In this document: piece after piece, positions 25,820 to 38,700 of the stretch
Position numbering within the stretch: the stretch's first letter is position 1
How the letters are laid out: each line of letters starts with the position of its first letter
Source: Octopus bimaculoides
Lineage: Eukaryota
Length of the DNA stretch: 64,000 nucleotides
Direction: 5' to 3'
Assembly (NCBI RefSeq): GCF_001194135.2
Contig: NC_068983.1
Coordinates: forward strand, 94,852,964-94,916,963
Program-made: the position numbers and the translations under genes
Notes under the pieces: model-generated
Told to the model about the DNA's origin: nothing
Seen by the model: the letters and a program-made list of their open reading frames with translations, nothing else
Databases searched by the model: none

Positions 25820-26295
25820 ATATACTGGAACCTTACGTGGAAAAGGGATCTACTGTTACTAATGTAGGCTACAGTGAATTACTGGCCAACAAACTAAAAC
25901 CAGCAATTTGTACCAAATGCCAAGGTCTATTGTCAAATCAAGTGTTATTGTTGCACACCCACATATGGCCACTCACACTATCAAAACCAATGAAAAACTG
26001 GCTTTTGAGTTGCTGGAACATCCTGCATACAGTCCAGATCTTGCTCCTTCCAACTATCGGCTCTTTGGACTGTTCAAACACCCTTTACAAGGTTGTCAAT
26101 TTGCTACCGACGAAGAACAGGAAGTAATGCATAAATGGCTGCATGACCAACTGGAAACCTTTTTCTCCAATGAAGCAAGCTAGTGGACACTGGGAGAAGT
26201 GCATTGAAAAGCAAGAAGACTATGTCAACCTCTGTTTTTGTTTTAATAAAGTAGAGAAACAATAGTTCATTTAATTTTTGACTTGCATTCGAATT
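25820..26295 (+). mobile_element. Mariner transposase 3' fragment with right TIR
   Basis: HPAYSPDLAPSNY motif; right end resembles the reverse complement of the TIR at 62889. Confidence 0.8.
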
Positions 26296-26599
26296 TTAGA
26301 ATGATATTGTAGGACATGTGTGAGTGGCCAGATTTGACCAGTTTGAACATAAAACAGGTAGAATATTTTGGCTAGGTATCACCAGTTTAAATGCTAAATG
26401 GTTAAACATACTTTTTCTTTTTCATTTATTTTTTTTGAGTTGAAGTTACATTTAAATTTTGTACCATGCTAACAGACTGTATCGTATTCTAAGTCTTCAA
26501 AATCAAAGTCATAGAAATATCTTAAAGCAGCTGTAACTGAAAGGCACAACTTCTTTCAGTATGGGTCTGCTGATATTCATTCAAACTTAGTGTTCTATT

Positions 26600-27210
26600 G
26601 GTTCAATTCACCTGAAGGTTGATTTCAGAATGACAACAATTTCCAAGTTTTTTCTTTTGTTAGAAGTAGTCAAATTACTTTTGATGAGACCAATTGATTT
26701 GACTGACCTTGGTGTGGGAGTTCCAGGGTTTTGAGGAGTGTGCGACCACTTCTTAGCTACTATTGTTCTCTGGTCTACTACTCTGACCTGGATTAGTAGC
26801 ACCTGTTAGGTTCCCAGCTGTGGGTTGACTTGTATGTGTACCACCCTCTTCAAACCTAGGCTGTGTCTGCTCTGATAATTGACAGTGACTAGGTCAGCGA
26901 ATCCCCTACGATGATTGACAATTGAGGGCAAGATAAGCAGCTACAGATCAACCCCAGTACTTATTTTTTAAAGTTTGGTACTTATAGTATCAGCCTCTTT
27001 TCGCCAAATCACTAAGTTACAGGAACATAAACAAACCAACATCAGTTGTCAAACAGTGGGATGGAGGACAAATAAAGACACACACACAACATACTTCTTT
27101 CAGTTTTTGTCTACCAAATTCACTCACAAGGCTTTGGTTGGCTTGGTGCTATAGTAGAAGACACTTGCTTAAGGTGCCACACAGTGGTACTGAAACCAGA
27201 TTGTCAGTTG
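26600..27210 (-). mobile_element. tRNA-SINE plus RTE-associated repeat
   Basis: SINE head at about 27100-27210 related to 2635-2790; body at about 26935-27060 also seen at 62620-62720. Boundaries approximate. Confidence 0.5.
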
Positions 27211-27319
27211 TTGACTGCTTCACTTATCTCAGCAGTAAGATTTATAGTGGCATTAGCTGCAAGTCTGAAGTCCTAAAAAGACTCATTGAACAGGGATGCT
27301 TGGCACTGCTGATGTCTGA

Positions 27320-27760
27320 GCAAGAGAACAAAAGTTCAGATCTTTTGGTCTCTAGTTCTCCTGTCCTGTCCTATAGCTGTGAGACTTGGACGGGCCCTTA
27401 GGAGCTGCCTGAACTCCTTCGGTATTAGGATAATTCACAAGGTTATGGATTACCATTGGTCAGCTTTCATATCCAACTAACAACTCTACTTGGAAACGGG
27501 TGCATCCTGTTACTTGTATGATTCTGGAGTGCCAGCTTAGACTGTTTGGCCATGTTGCTCAATTTTGATTTAGACCCCACTTACTGTTCTTTTCACTGAG
27601 GATCTGGCTGGATTAACAACTTGACCACTGCAGATGATCAGATATCTATGGCGACTGGCTTGGATTCTGCTCGACGGATCACTCAGGAAGACCCAAGAAT
27701 AACTTGACAGATAGTGAATACAGCAACGGCGCATGCCACCCCCTTCTAATTTGACCTGGT
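27320..27760 (+). mobile_element. RTE LINE 3' fragment
   Basis: VLSYSCETWT motif followed by decayed C-terminal RT-like sequence. Confidence 0.55.
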
Positions 27761-27989
27761 TTGTTTGATACTAATCCACTTAAAATATATCATACTGTCC
27801 CAAGAATACAATATGCTTATAGGATGAAAATTAAACGAAGTAAAGAACAGAATTTTATCTAACAAATACAAGTAAAAATTAAAACGCTTCTAAAGCAGAC
27901 TGTGTTTGTTCCTTATCAATCCACATAAAACGAGTAAAGAACAAAACTATTTTTTAATACCCTGTGTGTAAATTAACAGACCTCAAGAG

Positions 27990-28177
27990 CCATTATTGTA
28001 TTTTAAAAATCCATGGCGGACCTAGATTCCTCCTGCGACGCACAATTCGATACAAAATACTAACACGAAATTCTTATCGCGATCTCACTAGTCAAGTATT
28101 TATCTACTTTCAAAAGTAGAAAGTACCTCTGCTTTCAGTGTTATTTTCTTACCTTCTCCACTGAAGAGCTATACATA
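27990..28177 (+). promoter_or_regulatory. Putative POLR2D promoter / 5' UTR, CpG-enriched
   Basis: Visibly higher CpG density than flanks; ATGGCGG (YY1-like core) at 28013; ATCGCGAT palindrome at 28076-28083; directly upstream of ATG 28178. TSS unknown. Confidence 0.5.
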
Positions 28178-28262
28178 ATGGCTGCCGCCGCTTCAGCTTC
28201 CACGGCAGCTTCATCCAACGAACAAACAGAAGAAGATGCTTCGGAATTACAATTTCCCAAAG
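28178..28262 (+). CDS. POLR2D: RNA polymerase II subunit RPB4, exon 1
   Basis: MAAAASASTAASSNEQTEEDASELQFPK, G|gtatat donor; EEDAS.L.FPK is the conserved RPB4 N-terminus. Confidence 0.95.
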
Positions 28263-30495
28263 GTATATTATCCATTTATTTTTCCAGTTATTTGGTCTAT
28301 ACATCATCTGTTGTCATTTGAACGCCTACATTATCGAATTCTATTCGTTTTTTTTTTATTTTTTAGCAAAATTTTGCTAAATTTCCGTGAGAGATACAAG
28401 TAATTGTTAATAACTTTTTATTATAAGCCAAAGATGAATGAAGAGTTAATTAACTTTTCAGGGTTCCAATTCTGAGGGGTCGGATACGAATTGAGGTACC
28501 TTAGTTCCATATATAGAATTTAGACGAATGCTAGTTGCATTGTTTTCTTATTCAAGTTCGAAGCGTCAGAGTTGTTTGAGAAGGGTACTTACTCGTCTTA
28601 TTAGCGCCGTTATTTAAATGGTTCCAATTAGGAATCGAAACCGAATCGCTAACATTTTTTTTTCCGAAATATTAATCCATTGCTTTGTTTTACAATGCTT
28701 ACAAAATTCTAGGTTCTTTAAATCAGAGGAAACGGGCAGTTATAACCTGAATGATTCTCTTTTATTTGCAAATATTTTCATTTGGTTTTGCAATAGGAAT
28801 ACAGTTTCTGTCGGACAATTCACTCACTGGTACTTATTTCGATAAAACATATATTTTGTTATATAATTTTATCAACTTTACTAATAAGAACAGAAATACT
28901 TGCTAGAGGAATTACTGCATATTTGAAGTTAACTGACGATTTTTTGATTTAGATTCATAAAATGGCATAACTAACGATTTCGGTAAAATTCACCGGAGTC
29001 CAATTCAGTTCGTCTTAACTTTCAAGAAAATGGATATTTTTAATGAAATCCTCTACAAATATACATCGGACTATGTAGATTCCAAGGACATAGGAATTTT
29101 GGGGGTTATTTTTGAGAACTGTTCTCCCACTTGGGGGTGTTTCGGAACAAGTCGTCCATATTTGTTTCATTTTCTCCAAAGTCGGTGGGGCAGAAATCTG
29201 CAGTTATGCCCATAAAACTATACTTTATCCCTGTTTGTGTTTTTGGACATATATTATCCCTTGATGCAAGGGTAATGAAGTTTCGCTAAATTGTATCTGT
29301 TGCTGCTATGTCTTTTCTTTGAGATCCATTTAAAACCTTCTCCGAATCACCTAACTGATCAGTTCTCTTTGTTTGAGTCAAGACAATTCCAAGATTTGTG
29401 AATGTGCGAATTCGTGTGTGCATGTATGCGAGCGTGTATGGTTATTTTGTAGCTATTTGTATATGTGCCAATGTGCTTGCATTAATGTAATGAATGTATT
29501 CCTATTGCTTTTGTACAGGTGAGTGTACTTTGTTTTGATGTATGTATGCTATATGTGCACATGATGGTGTATATTCCTTTTAGGGCAGCAGTTCTGAAAT
29601 TCACAAATATCAGTCCTCACCTTCCATATTAGGGACCCTATTTCTTCAATCGAGAAGACAATAGTTTGCATCCATAACATTCATCTTCCTTTGCCATGGT
29701 GTTAGACAAGTTTGAACAATTTAAAACCATCAATGTTTATTAAACATAGCAACTTGCTTGCTCTCTTTTCAATCCCCTCAGTTAGCCACTTCCCATTGAG
29801 AGACACTGTTCTATGAGATTTAAATGAAGAATTCTTGGAATGTTTTGCAAAACTTCATTCACTGGTACCATTAATCGATGGGATTTTAGAGGACATGAGT
29901 TAATTTGTTGGAAAACCCTAAATTTCTAGTTTTGAGGTTTCTTCGGTATGATCAGGTCAGTTGTTTCTATGAACAGTATTGTAAATCGTTTTGACAATAT
30001 CATTAATGTCATTCTCATGGGAAGGTACTACTTTGTAGATACTTTGGGGCAGTTGTGATGTTGTGGGCAACATCTTTGATATTGGTATGACACAATTGAC
30101 ATTTTCTGTCAAAACAGTGGATTGGAAGCATTCTCATCTCTTTTGTTGATCAGGGGATTTAGTTGCTACCAATGAAATTGATATAGTTGATGTTCAATTT
30201 GAACATCTACAAATGAACGCAGACAGGAGAGGAATTTCAGAGGGTTTATGCACTGGGGAGTGTAGGGTTAGGTGAAGAAACGAGTAGAGATGGGAGACTG
30301 GGGGAAGTGTGCAAACACCATGCCCTACTTTACAGTTGTGTGGTCACATTAAGGAGGACATTATCAAGTTGTATGAACAATTGATTGAATAAATAAACAA
30401 TTACCCTTGAGGAAGTATAGAAAATGAATTTAAAACAGTAAATAAAATATTAAATTAAAACCGTCCTGATTATTTCTATTATACTATTATTTCAG

Positions 30496-30553
30496 AATTT
30501 GAATCTGCTGAGACTTTGTTAATATCAGAAGTACATATGCTTTTAGAGCACAG
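30496..30553 (+). CDS. POLR2D: RPB4 exon 2
   Basis: ttcag| acceptor, AG|gtatgt donor; 58 nt; EFESAETLLISEVHMLLEHR. Confidence 0.97.
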
Positions 30554-30911
30554 GTATGTAATTTTGAAATTTTGACACTGCTTTATTTATTTATTTATTT
30601 ATTCTAAATATCTTGCATTCTTATTTAATATATAATTTTGTTGTTATGAGTTTAAAAGTTAATATATTTAATATGGATATTTGGATATAGAAGTGCTGTC
30701 TACTTTCCTTATAAACAGACATAAACATAAAATATTTTCTCCCTATTAATGAAATAATGTATTATGTTACCATTTCATTCTTATCTATATACTATTATAA
30801 TAAACCCTCACTGTTATATTGGCTTCATTGTAGTTTGATCAAACTAAAGTAAACTGTTGTATTGTAATTTTAGCAGAATTGTTTGAAATTTAATCAAACA
30901 ATGTACTTTCC

Positions 30912-31110
30912 CATTAATTATCATCATTTAACATCCATTGTCCATGGGTTGGACGGTTTGACCAGAACTGGCAAGCTGAGGAGCTGCACCAGACTCCAGT
31001 CTGATTTGGCATGGTTTCTACAGCTGGATACCCTTCCTGACACCAACTACTTTACAGAGTGTGCTGGATGCTTTTATGTGGCACTGCATGAGCACTTTTA
31101 CATGGTGCTG
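30912..31110 (-). mobile_element. Older copy of the (GAT)n-tailed repeat in POLR2D intron 2
   Basis: CATCAT...CCATGGGTTGGACG...CTACAGCTGGATACCCTTCC; diverged relative to 7389-7583. Confidence 0.7.
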
Positions 31111-31751
31111 CATGGACACTTATGTGACATCACCACGAGTGCTTTATACCACCAGAAGGACCGGTCTTAACACTCCTGTTGCAGAGTATGGGTCTGAGAA
31201 CTAAACCTTCGGGTGATTTAATGTTCAAAGCCATACCACTTTAAATATGCTATGATTTCATTCATTTTTCAATAATTTATGTGTTGAGAGATTCTAATTG
31301 CATTTTATCTTCTTTCATGCAAAATGTTAGTCACCTGACTAACAAAGGTAAATTTATATACAAAGTTATACATTTGTAAACTTGTCTAAACATCATTGTA
31401 ATTAATATTGAAGTTATTCTACAAAACCCTTTAAGATTCTTGATAGTTTAAAACGCTCTTTGAAATATGGTTACAAAAGCCTTAAATCTTTCGTTTAAAT
31501 ATTTAACAAACTAAATTTTTCTTAATCTAATCTAATCTGTTTTATTTCCTGTGCATTTTAGTTTCCAATTTCGTTATTAAATAATTTTAATCATTTTGGA
31601 TTAGTCTTCTTGCTAAAATGTAAAGAATTTTTATTTTAAACACAGTCTGTAACAACCTAATTTCATACAGTAAGTTAATAGATATTTGTAAAATATATAT
31701 TTTGTGAAAATAAAATAGTAACTAAAAATATTGACTGTTTTCTTGAATCAG

Positions 31752-31874
31752 GAAGCAACAGAATGAAAGTGCTGAAGAAGAACAAGAATTATCTGAAGTG
31801 TTCATGAAAACTCATCAGTATACACAACGTTTTAGCAAATTTAAAAACCGAGAAACAATCTCTGCTGTGAGAAG
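31752..31874 (+). CDS. POLR2D: RPB4 exon 3
   Basis: aatcag| acceptor, AG|gtaaat donor; 123 nt; [40 protein letters not shown]. Confidence 0.97.
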
Positions 31875-31983
31875 GTAAATTAAATATTTGTTCTATCATT
31901 TTCTTCTAACAAAGGTATTGGTAATAAGGCCTTTTGTTTATATTTAACAATATTTTTTATGCCAAAAATATAATCCGTTGCTG

Positions 31984-32336
31984 AGAGGGCAATGACACTG
32001 AATAGGTGATAAGTCAGACCATAATCGTTTTCTGTTGAAAACATCTTTGTATTTTCTTGGTTTCTGTCTCTTTGTATCTGTGCTGCATTATCCCTTGCAG
32101 ACAAAAATGTCTTATAAAGTTTGCAATAAAATATGAGTGTTTTGACTGGAATTTCATTGACCAGTAAAGAAATTCTCTCTTGTAATTCCATTGAATATTA
32201 TGAAAACAAAAATTGTGATGATAGAAGGATTTCCTTATATATTTTATTAATGTCAAGTCCCTGTCTTTAATTCAAATGAATTAGTTCATTTACATTTATC
32301 TAGAATTTTCTTGCAACAGCATTGAAAATATTTATT
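31984..32336 (+). repeat. 353-bp direct repeat, copy 1 (copy 2 at 33275-33627)
   Basis: Constant offset of 1291 bp; only two substitutions seen between copies. Confidence 0.95.
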
Positions 32337-32837
32337 GCTGAAAAGTGTTGAGAGTAAAATACTTTCATTTATATTTACTATATTTCTTAAACTAAAACCA
32401 CAATCTCTGAAGAGAAGGAGGGAGAAATTAATAAAATCATTAAATTTTAGTTATATTCTAATGAAACCTTTTTTAAAAGTTAGTTAGGAACGGTAACCAT
32501 AACATTTGCAGGCCCTCCAAATTGTTACTTAATCGGAATAACTGCAAGAAAAGTATGGGCTGGCAAGGAACTGAGGTTGCACTAGAATGAACTCCACTAA
32601 AAACACTCCAAAGTGTGGGTGATGGTCATAAATCAGGTTATGTATTAGGTATAACCAAATGGAACAACTTTGTTCATATCTTATAACTTAATGTATGGTT
32701 TAGAACATAAATCTCTTCACTGTATGAAAATTCTCTTCATCCAGGAATTAATTTCTCTGAATGACTTACATTTCTTTGTTGGTATACGATTTTATAAAGT
32801 AGGGTTGGTTCACTTTTTAGATTTCTTTTTCTTTCAG

Positions 32838-32933
32838 TCTTCTACTACAGAAAAATCTACACAAATTCGAACTGGCAGCATTAGCCAATCTCTGCCCAGA
32901 CAGTGCTGAAGAAGCAAAATCTTTGATACCAAG
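32838..32933 (+). CDS. POLR2D: RPB4 exon 4
   Basis: ctttcag| acceptor, AG|gtgtgt donor; 96 nt; [33 protein letters not shown]. Confidence 0.97.
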
Positions 32934-33274
32934 GTGTGTATGCATTGGTTGTATTAATATCTAGGTATAAGTGAAACAAGTTTTAACTCTTCCTCACCCA
33001 CCCACTACTAAGATCTTATTTATTCAATATGTTAAATTTTAAGAATCTTCACCAGCATCAATGAAACTTAAGAGTTGAGTTTGTGCATTTAACTGGAAAT
33101 TTTCAAACCTCTATTATTTGTGCTGAATGAACAGAAACTTGGGAGAAGACCCCTTAATCTTACTGAAAACTAACTTCCCTAGTGTTGGTACCTTGAAAAA
33201 TGTACCCAGTACACTCTGTAAAGTGGTTGACCAAATGAAATATATGAGTGAATCATGACCCCCAAACCTGTCTA

Positions 33275-33627
33275 AGAGGGCAATGACACTGAATAGGTGA
33301 TAAGTCAGACCATAATCGTTTTCTGTTGAAAACATCTTTGTATTTTCTTGGTTTCTGTCTCTTTGTATCTGTGCTGCATTATCCCTTGCAGACAAAAATG
33401 TCTTATAAAGTTTGCAATAAAATATGAGTGTTTTGACTGGAATTTCATTGAGCAGTAAAGAAATTCTCTCTTGTAATTCCATTGAATATTATGAAAACAA
33501 AAATTGTGATGATAGAAGGATTTCCTTATATATTTTATTAATGTCAAGTCCCTGTCTTTAATTCAAATTAATTAGTTCATTTACATTTATCTAGAATTTT
33601 CTTGCAACAGCATTGAAAATATTTATT
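33275..33627 (+). repeat. 353-bp direct repeat, copy 2
   Basis: See copy 1; ends 49 bp before the first base of exon 5. Confidence 0.95.
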
Positions 33628-33676
33628 AAGGAATTGCCTCTAAAAAGATATTTAAATGCTTGTTTCCATTTTTCAG

Positions 33677-33755
33677 TTTGGAAGGAAGATTTGAAGAAGA
33701 GGAATTGCAACAGACTTTAGATGATATTCAAACCAAGAGGAGTTTCCAGTATTGA
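33677..33755 (+). CDS. POLR2D: RPB4 exon 5 (stop)
   Basis: tttcag| acceptor; [25 protein letters not shown]; total CDS 85+58+123+96+79 = 441 nt = 146 aa plus stop. Confidence 0.97.
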
Positions 33756-33866
33756 AGAATAACCATTGTAATTACCACAATTTCATTATAAACCATTCCT
33801 TATCATTTGAAATTCTTTTATTTTTATTTTTTTAAATTTCATCTTTGTAATTCACATTCTGAACTG

Positions 33867-33872
33867 AATAAA
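33867..33872 (+). terminator. Probable POLR2D polyadenylation signal
   Basis: AATAAA about 110 nt after the stop, followed by GT/T-rich sequence. Confidence 0.6.
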
Positions 33873-35749
33873 TGCTTGAATTACTGGATAAATGTTTGAG
33901 TTGTTTAATGCTGTCATTGTTATTGTCCTTTTTTTTTAAAAGAAAAAAAGTTCCTGAAAATATCAACCTTACTATTTTAGTCAAAAGTAATATGAATTAG
34001 GATGGGTGGAGTTCTCCAAAATTATTTGCAATGGTGACTTAATAGTACCAAGATGCTGGTCAAGAAAACATGCTGTCAACTGCATATCCTTACAACTCAA
34101 CACATGCCTAAGACAGTCATACCCTTCTAAAAATGCCAACTACTGGCCTATCATCTTCAGTGTATTTCCCTTTACTGTGATTTCTACAGAACCAGGTCTA
34201 TTGGAGACATGCTCTCCAACATAACATACCTGTGATCTTTCATTCCTGAGAATTTCAGTAAAATCAATGTTGTTACTCAAGACATGAGCAAAACCTTTAA
34301 CCCTTTCCTGCACAAAAACTTTCATGTTAAGTTGGTCATAGTTGACTTTGATGCAACTATTATTGCTTGACTTTCAAATTTCCTATAAAACTAATCCTTT
34401 GTAGCATAGGACTCACTCGAGCCAATAATTATATCAATTTTCGTGTGGTTATGTCTCTACATTCTTTCTACCATATATTAATGATATACTATGTTATTTC
34501 CCACAATATGCACTTCTGCAGTGATATTACTCTTCATACTTTAACCTTCTTCATGTAAACTCAAGCTGGACTTACAACGCCTCCTTAAACACCTCAAAAA
34601 CATTTTGCAATGGGTACATGACACCTCATCTCCTTAAAACATGCACACTCAATCACTACATATATTATGGAAAAAAATTATGCTACCCCTTGCCTATGCA
34701 TTAACCCACAGTCAAAACCTTTAAAGCTAGACTTGATTAAATTTCTGACATTTCATGGTGACTAAAGTCCTTTTTTTATCAGAATCAGAAAATACTTCAG
34801 TTCCGATCAATTACTGACCTTCTAAATTGTTTTGGTAAGAATGATATTATGATACTGCTCACATATAAGGGATATTATTGCTGTTATTTGTACATTAGCA
34901 TCCTTGACTGCATCTAAACTGCCATTTGGCTGATTGGAAAAAGATACATTCATCAATCACATTACAAATTACCAAATTCACTAAGCATATGTTTATTCTA
35001 GCACATGTAAATTGAGAGCAATAAGCCTGGACGGTTGACAATAAATATCCTCCAGAGGACCAACATAGTTTCTTCTCTCATTTTGAATTAATCTTATAAT
35101 CATTCTCAACTGTTGTCTGCACATTATTGTAATCTTAGCAATGGCCTGAAGGCAGTTCCCTAAGTGACACAGAATTAAGGCTACTTTTGAAATTGGGTCA
35201 TCAATGAACCTTGTAAGAGTATGTTTGAGAAAGTTGGTTCATATGCAATGGCTTAAAGACAGTTCCCTGAGAAACTCACTCAGAATTAATGCTTCTTTTG
35301 AAAGAGCACCATTAACTGCAAATATCTGATTTCTGCTTCTTAAAAGTCATCAGACATTCTCTTTATTTCCCAACTATGCTGAGACCATGTATTTATAAAT
35401 CATTCTTATGTCAACTTTACTGAAAACCTTCACAAAAATGAGATATTCCTTATCCAGGTTTGAACAGGATCTGAGTGAAACAGCTTCTTGGATGGAAGCT
35501 GTGCTTTTTGTCAATCAGCAAATCATTTTCTTCTAGACCACAATATATTCCCTTCTGATAATTCTTTACATGACATTGCTCATGTGAAACCAAGGAAATA
35601 GGCATGTAGTTTTTGGCAGTAGAGAATCACTGATTTATACACAAATGTATTTTTATATGAGATTGATGGAGTTAATTCTGGTTGAAAACAAATATTCTGT
35701 CATTTAAGATATTTCCTTATTTGCTTCACTAGACATCTGTTTAATATCA

Positions 35750-38700
35750 TTCATTCATTTATTCAGTTCTCATTGTGCCTTGTGGCACTCGAGGCAACAG
35801 CAAGATCATTCCACCTTCTAACACTGAAAGCATCCTTGACAGCTTCTTCCATTGTTAACCGTCTGCTTTTAAGATCTTTTGTTATTGTTCTCACATCTTC
35901 CTTTACCTTGTGGAACCAATTGCAAAGCATTCCTGACAATTGAGTTGGGTTTATAGGGACAAACTCGACCCAGCCATTTCCATCTTGCTTCAATAGTTTC
36001 TCTTGTTGGTTTCATGTTAGCCTTGGTAGTTGGCTATTCAGGATCATATTCAGTCAGTAGACCTTCAGAATTTTACGCAAACATTTATTTTGAAACACCT
36101 CCAATTTCTTTTCAAGATTTTTGTTTGCTTTCCAACATTCGGATCCTTAGAAGAGGATGCTAAGTATGTTGCTTTTGTAAAATTGTATTTTGGTGCCCTT
36201 GCTGAGTACTAATGATTTCCATATTGAGTTTAACATACCAAATGGTTGGTTGGCTTTGCTGATTCTTGTATTTATTTCATGAGTGCAGTCTCCATCCATT
36301 GTTATTTTAGTGCCTTGTCAGTTAAATTCATCAACATTCGGTCAGGATTTTGAGACCTAAGGTGTTGGCTATTTGACTAAGTCACTCAGATTTGTCTTGT
36401 AACTCTTGAGATGTGTATGAGAACAAATAAGTGTCATCTGCCTAATCTAAATCTTCTAGTTGAGTTGTATTCCATTCTATACCTCATTTATATTCTTTTG
36501 TCGTTCTTTACATCAACCAATTCACTGCCAATGGAAATAAGATTGGTGATAACGCGCATCCTTGTTTGACGCCGGTTTTTATTTCAAATGGATCTGTCAG
36601 TTTGTTGTGTATAACTTGACTTTCAAAGTTTTCGTACAATAAACGGACCATCTTGACTAATTTTTGTGGGAAACCATAGAATCTGAGAATCTTCCAAAGT
36701 GTGTCTCGGTGAAGGCTATTTAAAGCTTTTACAAAGCCAACAAACAACATGCACAAAGATGAGTTCCATTCATGGGATTGTTTGACTATTTGGCAAATTA
36801 CAAAGATATTGTCAATACATGATTTTCCTTTCCTGAATCCAGCTTGCTTTTGGCAAAGTAATTGGTCTACTGCTGTTGTGATGCGCTGTAATATGATATG
36901 GGTGAATATTTTACTGGTGTTTGATAATAGAGTGATTCTTCTCCAGTTATTACAGTTTGATGCATCACCTTTCTTTGGTCATTTCACAATGAGTCCTTTT
37001 TTCCAGTTGTTCAGTATTTCCTCATTAATCCAGATTTTTTGGAAAATAATTGGTAGTGTTTTGACCTCTGCTTTAAGCATTTCAGCACAATCTCCATCTA
37101 ACCCAGATGATTTGCCATTTTAAAATTTATAGATAGCTTTTATGACTTCATTTACCATGATCTCTCCAGTGTTTTAACATGATCTTCCCAGTGTTGATTT
37201 CCAAGTCCTTATCCACTTCTTTTATTTCGGTAGAGATTATGGGCTCTGGGCAATTAAGGATAGTTTGGAAGTGGTTCTTCCATTGTCCTAGTTTGGCTTT
37301 TTCATCAGTTATTTTGATTCCATCTGGACCTTGTACAGGTAGATCGTAGTATCTTCCTTGGTCTCCACTACACAGTCTTTTCCTTATTTTGTACAGTGAT
37401 CTTAAATCTTTACATTTGGCAGCTAATTCAGCTTCTTCAGCCAATTGGTTTGTGTATCTATGTCATTCCATACAGATTTCTTAACTGCCTTATCCTCATT
37501 CATATATTGCATCATACACTTTTCTATATGTTTGGTTGATGTAGAAGTGAGAAGTTTCTTCTTTATTTCTTTCCTTTTATTTATGATTTTCCCTGTGTCT
37601 TTTGATATCCATTCAGATTTGGGATTTTTTTTCTATATCCAATAGTTTCTTTAGCTGTGTCTGTAAGGATATGGTTGAAATTGTCAATTGTTATATTCTT
37701 ACTGGTTTGTAATGCACTTATAGTGATTGTCAGTAAGTAACATCCTATAATTTTTATATCTAGCAAACTTACCCATCTACGATGGGTGATAAGAGCAGGG
37801 TGCAAATTGAGACAATTTACGTTGTAATGTACTTATTTTTATTCATTATATTTGATAGTGCCAAACTATATAGTGTACCTTATTGAACGATATATATGTA
37901 AACATTTACATAACACATTCATGGTGCTATCTTTACAAAACCTCTTTGTAAACAATATTCTCCGTTTGTCCACAACTAAGTTTCTAATTAGCTGAATCCG
38001 TTGCCCTACTCATCACGACATACAGCTGGCTGTACGTGAACATGGGAGAGGGCAGAAACACACCGATGCCATCCAAAGTCTGGCCCTGAGACTTATTGGC
38101 CGCAAAGGAGAAGGCTAATTTGATAGGAAACTGTCTGTGTTGTAATTTAAATGGAAATTGATTATCTGAAGGCATCAGAAGGATCCGAGATATAAACAGA
38201 TGTTTTGCCAGTGTGAGGATCAGTTACTATCACTGCTTCGATGACGTGAGACTTAAGTTCCATTCACTATCTGCGAGGGAAATATTTTGTAACTCATCAT
38301 CTTCAACTTGCAATTGCGCTTGCTTAGCTGGCAGTCATGCTCAAGTGTTATAGGTTTGTTTGATAATTCTAACTGTAGGAGAACTTCTTGATCGACGTGC
38401 TGCAGTATTGTTCTCTTGTTCTGCATCTCTGACAGCTGGATTTAGCCTACGTGATGAGGTATTTCTTTGTTGCTCAGAGTCTCTCACTTCTATATTTTGG
38501 TGCTTTGCACTGTGTGCTTCTGTATCTCTTTCTTGTTCAGCTTGTCTGTATGCTTCGTTTGATCGAGTCCTATTGGTAGAAGCAGCATTTCTTGTTTTTC
38601 TCCAAATTGACGACTTCCATTTTGGTGTCATGATCTGACACGAAATAAAATACTAAATGAGCAACATAAAAAAAATATTTTGTTACATTTTAATTAATGT

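Noticed and set aside
26608-26802. - strand ORF bounded by AG and GT, resembling an exon of a gene divergent from POLR2D
   Set aside because: Continuous with SINE/RTE-associated repeat sequence; no recognisable protein.
32210-32345. C-box (GTGATGA) and D-box (CTGA) in the duplicated POLR2D intron segment
   Set aside because: No terminal stem, the D-box is absent from copy 2, and the sequence is very AT-rich; no H box for an H/ACA model either.
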